This document shows positions 1 to 11,757 of a DNA stretch of 64,000 nt, piece by piece. Position 1 is the stretch's first letter, and every line of letters starts with the position of its first letter. A program made the position numbers and the translations under genes. A model generated the notes under the pieces. The model did no database searches. It saw only the letters and a list, made by a program, of their open reading frames with translations, and had not been told where the DNA came from. The DNA comes from an uncultured cyanobacterium (GTDB lineage Bacteria > Cyanobacteriota > Cyanobacteriia > Pseudanabaenales > Pseudanabaenaceae), in the NCBI GenBank assembly GCA_963703315.1, contig OY969811.1:3904001-3968000 (forward strand), read 5' to 3'.

Positions 1-1125
1 ATTATCTTGAGGGCTATAATTCTGAGCTTCTTTAATTAATTCGGGTAGAACCCGTGAGGCAGGATAGGAAACCGCGATCGCTTGCTGAGTGACAAATACA
101 TCACTGTCTTGCGAAAAGTCTGGGTGGGGATGGATTTGGACTTCACCAATGAGAACTTGAATTTCTGATGGTGGTGGTACAAGGATTTGTAAAGCAAAAG
201 GAATTGCTCCTGTTTGCTTATTCTGATCATTTGTATTGGTAATGGGATAGCGCTGATTAAAGACAACATCAAGGGTTTGAGGATCTTTGAGACTTACTTC
301 AATTTCTCCCTTGATATAGACATCGCCTGTCAGATTAAAGCTATTGTCTTCGTTAACAATGTATTGCGGCTGTTGGAGGCGGAGTAAAATGCGTGGCTGG
401 AGTGGCGCATTAATCTCGACTGGCTCGGCAACGGATGGTCTTTCTAATTTTTCTAATTCTAATTTTTCTAATACAGGGGAATCGCTTAGCAAATCTTGAT
501 TGCTATCTTGATCATCGGTATTCTCTTCTTCATCAAGCTCATCATTAAAAAGTGCAAACTCCTCAAACATCGATTGCACAAGTTCTGTCGATCTTTGTTC
601 GGCAATATCCAGAATTGGCGAGCTATAGCTTAGAGGTGTGGGTTCAGTTTGGACAATACCGAGGGCGTTGGTATGGACATCATCGGCAATTTCGGTAGGA
701 GTCTCTAAATCTTCCTCTTCAAGATCGTTGCTATATTGCCAGTCTGCACCTGAGTCTTGAGAAACGGGGATAACATCAAATTTGACGGTTTTCTTCCATG
801 CAGAAACTTCATTTTCCCCACCAGAGTCTGACTCTGAGTCTGCTGCCACGCAATCAATTTGCCATAGACCGGGGGGGAAATTGGTGTAGGGCATCACGAT
901 TAGCAAGCCATCATGACTAATGCGCTTGGCAATTTTTTGTTGTAAAGGTTGATGCCGCACATCCGCGAGGGGACGATAGGCGATCGCGATCCCAACTAGT
1001 GTATTTGACAAGGCAGAGCGTGCCGCAAGTCGATACTGCCCTTCCAAAATCTCAACGGTTGGAGATTCTAAGGGCAACCAGGACTTGTCACCTTTGCGTT
1101 GTAGCAAAAACTCCCAGTTTTCCAT
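1..1125 (-). CDS. conserved cyanobacterial hypothetical protein with acidic low-complexity middle; runs off the left edge
   Basis: ATG at 1125 gives MENWEFLLQRKGDKSWLPLESPTVEILEGQYRLAARS; no stop in the stretches I checked; probably missing from the ORF track because the stop lies outside the window. Confidence 0.8.
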   Translation of the reverse strand, partial: MENWEFLLQRKGDKSWLPLESPTVEILEGQYRLAARSALSNTLVGIAIAYRPLADVRHQPLQQKIAKRISHDGLLIVMPYTNFPPGLWQIDCVAADSESDSGGENEVSAWKKTVKFDVIPVSQDSGADWQYSNDLEEEDLETPTEIADDVHTNALGIVQTEPTPLSYSSPILDIAEQRSTELVQSMFEEFALFNDELDEEENTDDQDSNQDLLSDSPVLEKLELEKLERPSVAEPVEINAPLQPRILLRLQQPQYIVNEDNSFNLTGDVYIKGEIEVSLKDPQTLDVVFNQRYPITNTNDQNKQTGAIPFALQILVPPPSEIQVLIGEVQIHPHPDFSQDSDVFVTQQAIAVSYPASRVLPELIKEAQNYSPQDN

Positions 1126-1183
1126 AACGGCGATCGCGGTTTAAATGTGCTTAGTTACGGGCAATACTAACCGATCTAGGTTG

Positions 1184-1328
1184 CTATAGCAACTTACGGC
1201 AGGTTTCGATCAAAAGAACTGCAAGGAAATTTTCAAAAGCGTTGCTTCGCAACGCTTTTGAAAATTTCCTTGCGATTTGAGCGCACGTTAGTTTCCTGAA
1301 CTGTCGGCACGCTGTGGGATTGCTATAG
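1184..1328. mobile_element. MITE-like element with CTATAGCAA...TTGCTATAG ends enclosing a perfect 25-bp-arm hairpin (1221-1273)
   Basis: Terminal inverted repeats plus gcaaggaaattttcaaaagcgttgc-ttc-gcaacgcttttgaaaatttccttgc. Confidence 0.6.
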
Positions 1329-1376
1329 TAATATGTCTATGTAGATTACAAATTGCGATCGCGATTATAAAGACAA

Positions 1377-4300
1377 ATGATTCAGGTCGAACAGTCGATC
1401 AGGCATTTGGAAGATGGACAGTCTCTCAATAGGCGATCGCTAGATGCTTTAATTAGAGCGATCAATCTATTTCAGGGATCTTTTTCGCTGATCATTATCA
1501 ACTGTAATTACCGCAGTCTGCGCCAAAAGCTACTGACTGCCATAGCATCACAAACAGGAATGCTATGTCGCGAAATCTGGTGGCGGGAATCCCACGAGAC
1601 TCTGTATGACAAACTGCAAAATTTTTGGCGAGATGGGCATCTGGAAAATATTCCTGCCCTGATGTGCTTAGGCTTAGAGCAAACTAGAGCCGAGGATTTA
1701 GCAAATTTATTTGTCGAAGCGAATCTATTTCGCGATCGCCTCAAGCAAAAGATCAACTGTCCCTTAGTGCTGTGGCTAGATGATCGCGCTCTGCAACAAT
1801 TCTGGATTACGGCTCCTGAGCTAGCAAATTTAGCGGCTCCCCCGATCAAATTTGGATTGACATCGGTTGAGTTAGCCAATGAAGTTGATCAGCAAGTAGA
1901 GCGATTATTAGAAATTGTCAAAGATCCGCAAGTTCCCTTGTTTTGGCAAGATACTAAAATTGATGCTGACCGTGATGTTTTTTCCTATAGTGAGATGGAG
2001 ATCGCTCGCCGAGAACTGCGACTAGCTCAAGAGGCTTTACATTCACCGATTTCTCTAGAACTAGAAGCAAAGTTAGACTTCTTAGTCGGAAGATTATTGT
2101 GGCGATCGCCTCATATCACGCTCAATGAAGTATATGAAGAATCTCATGGGTCAGTGCATAGCGTATCGCAAATCTATTACCAGTGCAGTTTCGACTATTG
2201 GCAACGTGTTAATAAACCAATTGAGAGGGGTATCGTTTTATTTTATCTGGGGAATTTGTGGTGGCATAACTCCTTTGTCAATGGGCGACAGGCTCAAACC
2301 TCTTGGTTGAAGGCAAAACAATTTTTTGAAGATGCGATCGCCGCTTTTCAAACAGCGCAGCGCAGTGACTTAATTGCAAAATATGGTCGAGCTTATAGCG
2401 GTGTTCTTGAACAACTCCAAAATTGGCAAGAACTAGAGCAATGGATTTTTGAATTACTGCCATTACATCAGCACATACCCCTCGAACTAGCTCAGGATTA
2501 CGGATATTTAGCCAAGATTGCCGTCGAAAGAGGCGATTGGCTCAATGTTAAACAATATTCATTGGATGCACTAAAAACTCTAGAGCAGATCCCCACTTTT
2601 GATGACGATCAGCTTACTTACAATTGGTTGCGGTTACGTCATATTCAACTCGGTCAATATCAACTGTTATTGACTCAGAGCTATCTTCAACTTCAGGAGA
2701 TTGGACTAGCTTCTAATCTAATTGAATCAACGATCGCTAACTTTAATCTGAATTACGAACCCAAACTCTACATTCGCTTTTTGGATACTTTCCATGATAT
2801 TGCCTTTACCCAAGGTCGCTATCTTGAAGCTTTCCAAACTCGCCAAAAACAGCGATCGCTAGAGCAGAAATATGGACTAAGAGCGTTTATCGGCGCGGGA
2901 ACGCTGCAACCCAAAAAACTATCGCCTAATGCCAGTATTGCGGAATTAGATGCTAGTAAATTTGATATAAACTCTGGCGAAATCGCGGCTTCTGGTAGAA
3001 ATCAAGATGTGGAGCGTCTGGTGAAACGGATTCTCTCGGTGGAAAATCAACTCACGGTCATTCATGGAGAATCAGGTGTTGGCAAAAGCTCCCTTGTCAA
3101 TGCGGGATTAATTCCTGCCCTCTTGCAGCGATCGCTCACGGGACAAGAATTGCTGCCCATCAAGATTCATATCTATACCAATTGGATCAATGCTATTTCT
3201 GCTGCCATTTATGAAATGTATGACCTTAGTGATCAGACACCAATCGCAAGAAGAGGCTCTTTATCTAGTCATGAATTTGGTAACCAATTAGGCGATCGCC
3301 TTGCAAATAGTGAGCAGGATGCCAAAAATTTACTGCGTAAGCTGAGAGAACTAGCATTTCATGGTACACAAATTGTTTTAGTCTTTGATCAATTTGAAGA
3401 ATTCTTTTCTACCTGTACTCAACCCCAAGAAAGAGCAGTTTTTAGCGAATTTTGGCAAAATTGCCTCAAGATTCCGCTTCTCAAGTTAGTCATTTCCATC
3501 CGTGAAGATTACCTACATTTACTGCTAGAACTAGACTCTAAGAATACCGAAATCGATATTTTAAGTCGTGACTTGCGCTATGCCCTCGGCAATCTCTCCC
3601 CCGCCGATGCCAAATCCCTGATTGAAAATCTCACTGAACAGGCTAACTTTTTGATCGAACCACTCTTAGTGAATGAACTAGTCAGAGATCTAGCAGGCGA
3701 TCGCGGTTCAGTACGTCCCATTGAACTACAACTAGTTGGCTCACAAATCCAAGATCGGAATATTACGACGCTCTCTGCCTATCACGAAGCAGGAGGAAAA
3801 CAACGCATTGTCGAACAATCAGTGGAAGAGGTTGTGCAAGCCTGTGGTAATGCGGCTTTTATTGCTCAACAGGTGTTAATCCTCCTGACCGATGAGCAAG
3901 GCAAACGTCCATTGCGGACTTACAACGAATTGAGAATAGGGATTCTGCCCTACTCTAGTAATACCCTTGATCTCGACCTTGTATTAGAAATTTTAATCGG
4001 ATCAGGACTAGTTTTCCAATTGCCAGAATTACCCAGTAATCGCTATCAACTGGTGCATGACTATCTAGTTCCATTTATTCGGAATAATCAAGAAGCAGGT
4101 TTGCTAGATGAATTACGCAAAGTTAGGTCTTCAGCACAACGCAGTCAAACCAACCTCAATAGACTAACTAGAGTTGCTTTTATAGGGACTGTGTTGGGGT
4201 TATTCATGATGGCAGGTTTGGCTTTCCAAGCCAATCGTCAACGTCAGTTAGCTGAGTTTGGTGAAATCGAAGCCTTGAATTCTTCGGCAAATTCGAGTTT

Positions 4301-6374
4301 TCTGCTCAATCGGCAATTGGAAGCGTTAACTACATCTGTGCAATCTGCAAAGAAATTAAACGATACCGATGAAGGAACCGATAAAACTAGGATTAAGAAG
4401 TTAATCTTTGAAAATCTGCAAACAATCGTTTACAACATCCGTGAGCGCTATCGATTTTATTCGATCAAAATGGACTCACCATTTTATGCAGCCAAATTTA
4501 GTCCTGATGGCAATACTCTGGCGTTTGGTAGCTTTGATGGTGGAGTTTATCTATATAAAAGTGATGGTCAGTTGATTGCGCGTTTAGTTGGTTTGCAAGC
4601 AAGAGAAATTCGTGGTTTAAGTTTTAGTCCTGATGGTAAGAGAATTGCATCAGCAGGGCAAGGCAAAAGTGTCAGAATTTGGAATGTTGAGACTGGTAAA
4701 CTGATTGCTAAATTCTATGCTCATCAAGATGATATCTTTCGGGTGCATTTTCATCCTGATGGCAAAAGATTGCTGACGGGTAGTAAAGATGGCACTGCCA
4801 AAGTTTGGGACAGCGATCGCGGTATTGACATCCTGACCATCAATCCCAAAAACGTCGATGGTAGTTCTCCCCAAAAGGAATCGGGAGCGATTCAGGATAC
4901 GAGTTTTAGTCCTGACGGTAAGTTAATTGTAACGGCTAAAAATAACATCATTTCTCTATGGGATTTGCAAGGTAATTTACTAGCTCAGGCGATCGCCCAT
5001 GAAAAAGAGATTTACAGTGTCAAGTTCCATCCTAACAGCAAGCAATTGTTATCATCGGGGCGCGATGAAACTGTGAAACTGTGGCAAATCAATGGACAAG
5101 TTAGCGAACAAGTAGATCAACAGAAGCTTCAAATTCAATTAATACGCACATTTAAGGGCAATGCCACCGATGTTTTAAGCTTAAACTTTAGTGCTGATGG
5201 TAGTCATATTGCTTTTGGCTCTCAAGATAATTCGATCCAGATTCTCAATGCTGATGGGGTAACAGAAATGAAACTAGGCGGACATACGGATGGAATTTTT
5301 GATGTTAACTTCAGCCCGAATGGTCGATATCTGCTATCGGCAAGCAAAGATCGCACAGTCCGACTCTGGGATTTCAAAGCGACATTAATCGATACACTCT
5401 ATGGTCATGTCAGCAGCATTTGGTCAGTGAGCTTTCGCCCCGATGGTCGAGTCTTCGCGTCAGGCAGTGTCGATAAAACTGTGCGCCTTTGGAATGCCGA
5501 TGGAACCTTTAGACAAGAACTAAAAGGTCATGAGGATACGGTCTATGGTGTTAGTTTTAGTGCTGATGGCAAGAAACTAATCACCGCCAGTAATGATCAG
5601 ACCGTCAGAATTTGGGATAGCGATACAGGCAAGCTACTGCATATCCTCAATATTCATGGTGCAGAGTTGATCTATGCCGCCTTGAGTCCCGATCAAAAGA
5701 TCTTAGCGACTCTAGGCTGGGATAACAAAATTAAGCTATGGCAATGGGACAATACCGATAAACCGAAGTTGTTACATACATTAGAAGGTCATACAAAAAC
5801 GGTGTGGGCGATCGCCTTTAGTCCTGATAGTCAATCTCTAGCCTCGACTAGTAATGATCAAACTGTAAGAATTTGGAATGTGAACAATGGTCAAAATCTG
5901 CATACGATGGAAGCGCATACTAATGGTGGGCTGGCTGTTGCCTACAGTCCAGACGGTAAGCAGATTGGCTCGGCTGGTAAAGATGGCAAATTGAAACTAT
6001 GGAATGCTCAAACAGGCGCTCTCGAACAGGTGATTTCGGTAACGGCTGATTCTTGGATCTATGGCATGAACTTTAGTCCAGATGGCAAGGTGATCGCGAC
6101 TGCTAACGCTGATAAAACGGTCAAAATGATGGATCGCGCTAGTGGTGAATTACTCAAAACCTTATCTGGACATACTGCCGAAGCCTATGCTGTCAGCTAT
6201 AGTCCCGATGGCAAAACTATTGTTTCAGCGAGTCGAGACAATACGCTCAAATTATGGAATGCGGAGACCTTGCATTTTAATGAACTCGTTCAACGGGGTT
6301 GCAGTTTGCTAGACAACTATCTGGAATACACGCCAACATTAACTCCAGAACAAAAACAAATTTGCAAAAATTAA
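1377..6374 (+). CDS. STAND-type (nSTAND1-like) NTPase with helical/TPR-like N-terminus, one predicted TM helix and about 14 C-terminal WD40 repeats
   Basis: Walker A GESGVGKS, Walker B LVFDQFEE, IREDYL and RYQLVHDYL motifs; hydrophobic VAFIGTVLGLFMMAGLAF; repeated GH...FSPDG...W[DN] units. Confidence 0.9.
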   Translation: MIQVEQSIRHLEDGQSLNRRSLDALIRAINLFQGSFSLIIINCNYRSLRQKLLTAIASQTGMLCREIWWRESHETLYDKLQNFWRDGHLENIPALMCLGLEQTRAEDLANLFVEANLFRDRLKQKINCPLVLWLDDRALQQFWITAPELANLAAPPIKFGLTSVELANEVDQQVERLLEIVKDPQVPLFWQDTKIDADRDVFSYSEMEIARRELRLAQEALHSPISLELEAKLDFLVGRLLWRSPHITLNEVYEESHGSVHSVSQIYYQCSFDYWQRVNKPIERGIVLFYLGNLWWHNSFVNGRQAQTSWLKAKQFFEDAIAAFQTAQRSDLIAKYGRAYSGVLEQLQNWQELEQWIFELLPLHQHIPLELAQDYGYLAKIAVERGDWLNVKQYSLDALKTLEQIPTFDDDQLTYNWLRLRHIQLGQYQLLLTQSYLQLQEIGLASNLIESTIANFNLNYEPKLYIRFLDTFHDIAFTQGRYLEAFQTRQKQRSLEQKYGLRAFIGAGTLQPKKLSPNASIAELDASKFDINSGEIAASGRNQDVERLVKRILSVENQLTVIHGESGVGKSSLVNAGLIPALLQRSLTGQELLPIKIHIYTNWINAISAAIYEMYDLSDQTPIARRGSLSSHEFGNQLGDRLANSEQDAKNLLRKLRELAFHGTQIVLVFDQFEEFFSTCTQPQERAVFSEFWQNCLKIPLLKLVISIREDYLHLLLELDSKNTEIDILSRDLRYALGNLSPADAKSLIENLTEQANFLIEPLLVNELVRDLAGDRGSVRPIELQLVGSQIQDRNITTLSAYHEAGGKQRIVEQSVEEVVQACGNAAFIAQQVLILLTDEQGKRPLRTYNELRIGILPYSSNTLDLDLVLEILIGSGLVFQLPELPSNRYQLVHDYLVPFIRNNQEAGLLDELRKVRSSAQRSQTNLNRLTRVAFIGTVLGLFMMAGLAFQANRQRQLAEFGEIEALNSSANSSFLLNRQLEALTTSVQSAKKLNDTDEGTDKTRIKKLIFENLQTIVYNIRERYRFYSIKMDSPFYAAKFSPDGNTLAFGSFDGGVYLYKSDGQLIARLVGLQAREIRGLSFSPDGKRIASAGQGKSVRIWNVETGKLIAKFYAHQDDIFRVHFHPDGKRLLTGSKDGTAKVWDSDRGIDILTINPKNVDGSSPQKESGAIQDTSFSPDGKLIVTAKNNIISLWDLQGNLLAQAIAHEKEIYSVKFHPNSKQLLSSGRDETVKLWQINGQVSEQVDQQKLQIQLIRTFKGNATDVLSLNFSADGSHIAFGSQDNSIQILNADGVTEMKLGGHTDGIFDVNFSPNGRYLLSASKDRTVRLWDFKATLIDTLYGHVSSIWSVSFRPDGRVFASGSVDKTVRLWNADGTFRQELKGHEDTVYGVSFSADGKKLITASNDQTVRIWDSDTGKLLHILNIHGAELIYAALSPDQKILATLGWDNKIKLWQWDNTDKPKLLHTLEGHTKTVWAIAFSPDSQSLASTSNDQTVRIWNVNNGQNLHTMEAHTNGGLAVAYSPDGKQIGSAGKDGKLKLWNAQTGALEQVISVTADSWIYGMNFSPDGKVIATANADKTVKMMDRASGELLKTLSGHTAEAYAVSYSPDGKTIVSASRDNTLKLWNAETLHFNELVQRGCSLLDNYLEYTPTLTPEQKQICKN

Positions 6375-6389
6375 AAGCCCAAATAAAAG

Positions 6390-6442
6390 CCCAGCAAATT
6401 TTTAAAAGCGTTGCAAAGCAACGCTTTTAAAAATTTGCTGGG
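6390..6442. repeat. perfect hairpin, 25-bp arms, GC-AAA-GC core
   Basis: cccagcaaatttttaaaagcgttgc-aaa-gcaacgcttttaaaaatttgctggg. Confidence 0.9.
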
Positions 6443-6483
6443 TTCGGGTTTAAGCGCAAAGCGCTGTATGATCGAAAGCCATA

Positions 6484-6586
6484 ATAACAATTCACGAAAG
6501 TGTAACTACACTTTTCTGAATTAAAAATCAAACCCAGTAAGAGTTTTCAAAACTAGAAATGGTATAGCCATTTTTAGTTTTGGTAC
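6484..6586. mobile_element. about 105-bp double-hairpin dispersed element (ATACCAA-end family)
   Basis: Close reverse-complement copy at 61212-61315; related sequences at 8603-8645 and 37519-37619. Confidence 0.75.
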
Positions 6587-6604
6587 AAATCATAGGAAAA
6601 AGTA

Positions 6605-7423
6605 ATGCAAGACCAAGAAACAAGCTGGCAATCCTTAGTCCTAGTCGCCATATTAGGGATTTTGGCAGTCATTAGTTTTAATTCATTCGTGATTATCAAC
6701 CCTGGGGAAGCAGGAGTATTGAGCATATTAGGCAAAGCCAAGGATGGCGTACTGCTCGAAGGTGTGCATTTCAAACCACCTGTGATTTCGCAAGTCGATG
6801 TCTATGATTTGACCGTACAGAAGTTTGAAGTGCCAGCCCAAAGCTCAACCAAAGATTTGCAACAACTTACGGCAAGTTTTGCGATTAACTTTCGTCTCGA
6901 TCCTATTGAAGTGGTGACGATTCGTCGTACTCAAGGTACATTGCAAAATATTGTCTCTAAAATTATTGCGCCTCAAACCCAAGAATCCTTTAAGGTGGCG
7001 GCGGCTAGACGTACTGTCGAAGAAGCGATCACGAAACGGGATGAACTCAAACTAGATTTTGATGAGGCTTTGAGTCAACGTTTGAGTAAGTACGGCATTA
7101 TTGTCTTAGATACCAGTGTCGTTGATTTGAATTTCTCGACAGAGTTCTCTAAGGCAGTTGAAGAGAAACAAATTGCAGAACAACGCGCTCAGAGAGCCGT
7201 ATATATTGCCAGAGAAGCGGAACAAGAAGCGGAAGCTACCATCAATCGTGCGAAGGGACAAGCGGAAGCGCAACGCCTGTTACGAGAAACATTGACTTCT
7301 GAATTGTTGCAAAAACAGGCGATCGAAAAATGGGATGGCAAGTTTCCTCAAGTATTAGGAGGGAATGGTGCAGTTCCATTTATTAATTTAGAAGTTGGCA
7401 AACCACAATCTAATATTCGTTAA
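6605..7423 (+). CDS. prohibitin/SPFH (band 7) family membrane protein
   Basis: N-terminal TM helix, SSTKDLQ, FSKAVEEKQIAEQ..A.RA coiled coil, IEKWDG motif. Confidence 0.92.
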   Translation: MQDQETSWQSLVLVAILGILAVISFNSFVIINPGEAGVLSILGKAKDGVLLEGVHFKPPVISQVDVYDLTVQKFEVPAQSSTKDLQQLTASFAINFRLDPIEVVTIRRTQGTLQNIVSKIIAPQTQESFKVAAARRTVEEAITKRDELKLDFDEALSQRLSKYGIIVLDTSVVDLNFSTEFSKAVEEKQIAEQRAQRAVYIAREAEQEAEATINRAKGQAEAQRLLRETLTSELLQKQAIEKWDGKFPQVLGGNGAVPFINLEVGKPQSNIR

Positions 7424-7434
7424 TCTCAAACCTA

Positions 7435-7481
7435 ATACATAAGAGAGGTACGGCGCGAAGCGCCGTACCTCTCTTATGTAT
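7435..7481. repeat. perfect hairpin, 22-bp arms, GC-GAA-GC core; possible terminator
   Basis: atacataagagaggtacggcgc-gaa-gcgccgtacctctcttatgtat. Confidence 0.9.
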
Positions 7482-7540
7482 ACAAACCCTGACATATCGA
7501 GGTTTTAGAGATGGCAATACTAAAACTTGAGTTAGCATAA

Positions 7541-8602
<1,062 letters not shown>

Positions 8603-8683
8603 TACCAATTCACAGAAGTGTTGACACACTTTTGTGAATTAGTGTTAGCCAAGCAAGTCAAGTAGCTAAGCGCAATTAAATGA

Positions 8684-9247
8684 TTAGGGGCAACCTGATT
8701 CAAGTTGAGGATTTTTGGCGATCGCCCGATCCCATGATGATTTGCGTTCTCGTTTGTAGATTTCTAATGCTTCATCAGTAGCTGACATTTTGCGATTATT
8801 CTTTTTGTAGTAGTCACGAGCCGCGATCGCGCCTACCAAATTAGCTTCCGAACCAGCGATCGCGCATTGTCTTACCCGCAGGTTCTGCTCTACTGTAAGT
8901 CTTGGTTTGCGCCAAACTTTTGAAGCAGCAAGGGCTTTTTGAAACTGCTCGACTGCATCGTTAAACAGCCCCATTTGGAGTGCTTTGTCTCCATCAATCC
9001 AGTAGGTCATGATTGCATATCCGTAGGGACTCGCCTCAAGCATTTTGCGTAGCTGTTCTGGAGCTAATCCTGAACCTTGCTGTTTCGCTTTTTCTGGGGT
9101 TACTGGTTCTGCTTTTGATTCAACTGTTGTTTTAGCGATCGCCCCAGAAAGTTGGTTGGTCAGAGTCGATGCTTGGGTTTGTCCACAGGCAATTAGTGAA
9201 CAGCTAAGGGCAAGGAAACCGAAGAGTTTGGTTTTTGAGAAGGTCAT
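8684..9247 (-). CDS. lipoprotein D of the array: shared leader plus helical (TPR-like) C-terminal domain
   Basis: Signal peptide with lipobox LIAC-GQ; leader homologous to three neighbours. Confidence 0.8.
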   Translation of the reverse strand: MTFSKTKLFGFLALSCSLIACGQTQASTLTNQLSGAIAKTTVESKAEPVTPEKAKQQGSGLAPEQLRKMLEASPYGYAIMTYWIDGDKALQMGLFNDAVEQFQKALAASKVWRKPRLTVEQNLRVRQCAIAGSEANLVGAIAARDYYKKNNRKMSATDEALEIYKRERKSSWDRAIAKNPQLESGCP

Positions 9248-9268
9248 ATTGATTGATGTGATGTTAAT

Positions 9269-9313
9269 TTAGGGCAAAAATTCTAGGGGCTGAACAATTT
9301 TTATAAGCTCATT
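9269..9313 (-). pseudogene. relic of the 3' end of gene 12343-12951
   Basis: Translates NELIKIVQPLEFLP* versus NEFTKIVQSLEFLR* in the intact gene; no start codon. Confidence 0.75.
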
Positions 9314-9326
9314 TGTTTTTGGTTCC

Positions 9327-10295
9327 TTACCAACCTTCAACGACTTCCCGTAGTAACTCTTTTTCTCCTTGGGTGACAGTCAGAAAATTGCCTGTGGGGG
9401 TTTGTGCCAAGGTATAGGTCACATCACCGTTTACTGCCATGATCAAGGTCGGGGAAGCTTGAGTCAAGGGTAAACGAATGGATTTTGTTGGATCTGCTTT
9501 CTCTGTGCCTACATAGTATTCTGGAGTAGTTACTCCACAAATATTGATAACGTAGTTTTCCGTTGCCATCTTAGCTAGAGATTTTTCTTCACCTTGACAA
9601 GCTGACTTGGCTTTTCTGGGGGGAGGAGTGAGACGAAATTCCGCCCCTTGATATTTTCGATATTCCTTTGCAAATAAATAAGTGCCAGATAGATCGGCGC
9701 TAGGTGCAAGGTCAACCTTCTGTCCATAGCCTTTGTCTTCAAACTTTACTAACATAGGGACAGCATCCCTTGTATAGACAATCAAGTCATTCCAACCATT
9801 GCTAGTATTACCTGAAACGATAATCGGTGGATGACTGGTGGGAATGCGACCTATGAGTTGGTACTGACCTCTCAATTGCTGGAAAATTAAGGTTGTACAA
9901 CCTCCAGTTCCACAAAAATAACTACCCATCAAATGAACAATAACTTCAGGTGATGCATCACCATTTAGATCAACTTTGGCATAGGTATAATCGTTGACAC
10001 TCTCACTACTGGGATAACCTTGCTTATCTTCCCATATAGCCATTTCTAAAGTTGGGTCTGGGGATTTCTCTGACTCGATCCAAGGGATTTGCGCGGTCTT
10101 GGATTTCGCCGATGATTGTGGTTCTGGTGATTTTGCAAGAGCTACTGGGTTTGCGGCTGGTTGGGATGCAGTGGTTGTTTGCGCGATCGCATTGGGTGTC
10201 GCATTAGGTGCATTTCCGACTGGAGCTTGTCCACAGGCAATTAGTGAGTAACTGAAAGCTAGTAAACCGAATAGCTTAATTTTTGAGAAGATCAT
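9327..10295 (-). CDS. lipoprotein C of the array: shared leader plus a DLNGD...CGTGGC domain and a second small beta-rich domain
   Basis: Lipobox LIAC-GQ, Pro/Ala/Thr linker, DLNGDASPEVIV and FCGTGGCT motifs. Confidence 0.82.
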   Translation of the reverse strand: MIFSKIKLFGLLAFSYSLIACGQAPVGNAPNATPNAIAQTTTASQPAANPVALAKSPEPQSSAKSKTAQIPWIESEKSPDPTLEMAIWEDKQGYPSSESVNDYTYAKVDLNGDASPEVIVHLMGSYFCGTGGCTTLIFQQLRGQYQLIGRIPTSHPPIIVSGNTSNGWNDLIVYTRDAVPMLVKFEDKGYGQKVDLAPSADLSGTYLFAKEYRKYQGAEFRLTPPPRKAKSACQGEEKSLAKMATENYVINICGVTTPEYYVGTEKADPTKSIRLPLTQASPTLIMAVNGDVTYTLAQTPTGNFLTVTQGEKELLREVVEGW

Positions 10296-10338
10296 ATTTT
10301 TAATAGGTTATGTTTTATAGCTTGCTCTGATGGATAAA

Positions 10339-10440
10339 TCACTCAAACTTAGAGAGAATATCTGCACCGCGTTCTTTGGCAAGTTTTTCGAGGCGATCGC
10401 GTTTTTCCTCAAAAAAAGTAGTTCGGATAGAGCGATCGCG
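10339..10440 (-). pseudogene. relic of the 3' end of gene 11061-11609, bounded by a HIP1 site
   Basis: Translates RSIRTTFFEEKRDRLEKLAKERGADILSKFE* versus RSIRTTFTKAERDRLENLAKERGADILSKFK*; in-frame stop upstream and no start codon. Confidence 0.88.
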
Positions 10441-10478
10441 AGGTAATTGTAAATCTTTTTAGGTTTTTCGCCTGAAAA

Positions 10479-11018
10479 TCACTTCGATGCTCCACAAACA
10501 GCACGTAGCACAGTTGACTCACCTTCTTCAGCGCCATATCTAGCAATCGCAGGAATGATTTTTCCATCGATTGAGGATTCACCACAGTCTGCCGTGCGCC
10601 ACGGACTGTAGTAATCCTCTCCTCGGCTGTACTCAGCCCTAGTACGAAAGCGCCAACGATTGCTACCTAAGTCTTGCTTTTCGTGTATGTAAATTTTGTA
10701 CATAATGCCTTGTCTCATTCCAGAGTAGATAAACTCTGTGGCTTGTTGTGCTACAGGTGCGTTTGTTGAAGAATCCTGAGATTGGGCGATCGCGTTTTTA
10801 ACTTCAGTAGATGCTATAGCCGATGGTTGGGGTTCTGGTGATTTTTCGGCAACTACTGGTTTTTCGGTTGGTTGGGGTGCAGTGGTTGTTTGCGCGATCG
10901 CACTGGATGTTGCCTTGGGCGTTGCATTAGATGCAGTCGAAACTGGAGTTTGTCCACAAGCAATTAGCGAGTAACTGAGGGCTAGTAAACCGAATAGCTT
11001 GATTTTTGAGAAGATCAT
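10479..11018 (-). CDS. lipoprotein B of the array: shared leader plus unrelated small C-terminal domain
   Basis: MIFSKIKLFGLLALSYSLIACGQ leader, nearly identical to that of 9327-10295. Confidence 0.82.
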   Translation of the reverse strand: MIFSKIKLFGLLALSYSLIACGQTPVSTASNATPKATSSAIAQTTTAPQPTEKPVVAEKSPEPQPSAIASTEVKNAIAQSQDSSTNAPVAQQATEFIYSGMRQGIMYKIYIHEKQDLGSNRWRFRTRAEYSRGEDYYSPWRTADCGESSIDGKIIPAIARYGAEEGESTVLRAVCGASK

Positions 11019-11060
11019 GTTTTTATGGGTTATGTTTTGTAGATTGCTCTGATGGATAAC

Positions 11061-11609
11061 TCACTTAAACTTAGAGAGAATATCTGCACCGCGTTCTTTG
11101 GCAAGGTTTTCGAGGCGATCGCGCTCTGCTTTTGTAAAGGTAGTTCGGATAGAGCGAGCTTGATCACGCATTAGCTCCGCTTGCAACTTGCCACTTCGAT
11201 CAAACATGAATAGCTTTCCATCGTGGGAAAAAGCGATCGCAGCAACTTTGCCATTGAAGTGATAATTATAGGTAATACCACCGCCACCTTCAAGATTGCC
11301 TGCTGAAGCAGAAGAGACAAATGTAGCTGGATTTACTCGACCACCGCCTATACGGGTGGCACAAACGGTGAACCGATTCGATCTCTGCGTAATCGCTTTG
11401 CGATAACCATCGCAGGGTCGCTGTTCGATTTCTGCATAGGCTTCATACAGCGTTTTGGCAAGATTGGAATCTGTGGAGCGCTGTGCCACAATTACTCTTA
11501 TTGAAGACATCTGAGATTGTGCGATCGCTGTTTCGACAGAGGCTTGGGCAGCAAAGGGAACTGCGATCGCAGTGAGTAAGGGAATTGCAAAAAGTTGTGA
11601 GATTTTCAT
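11061..11609 (-). CDS. secreted hypothetical protein (array gene Y)
   Basis: Sec-type signal peptide ending AQA; 182 aa. Confidence 0.78.
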   Translation of the reverse strand: MKISQLFAIPLLTAIAVPFAAQASVETAIAQSQMSSIRVIVAQRSTDSNLAKTLYEAYAEIEQRPCDGYRKAITQRSNRFTVCATRIGGGRVNPATFVSSASAGNLEGGGGITYNYHFNGKVAAIAFSHDGKLFMFDRSGKLQAELMRDQARSIRTTFTKAERDRLENLAKERGADILSKFK

Positions 11610-11645
11610 TGTTTAGTTTGAATAAAGGTATAGAAAATATCTAAG

Positions 11646-11726
11646 AACCCCCTTTAATTCCCCCTTGCAAAGGGGGAAAATAAGAATTCTTGTTCTCCTT
11701 TGCAAGGGGAGGGTTAGGGAGGGGTT
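11646..11726. repeat. cyanobacterial CCCCCTT..AAGGGGG paired-hairpin (REP-like) repeat
   Basis: tcccccttgcaaaggggga and ctcctttgcaaggggagggttagggaggggtt in inverted arrangement. Confidence 0.75.
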
Positions 11727-11757
11727 ATTGACAAGATTTTAGAAATTAGCCAATTTG

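Noticed and set aside
36..272. 78-aa ORF in the track
   Set aside because: Out-of-frame overlap with the longer minus-strand CDS starting at 1125.
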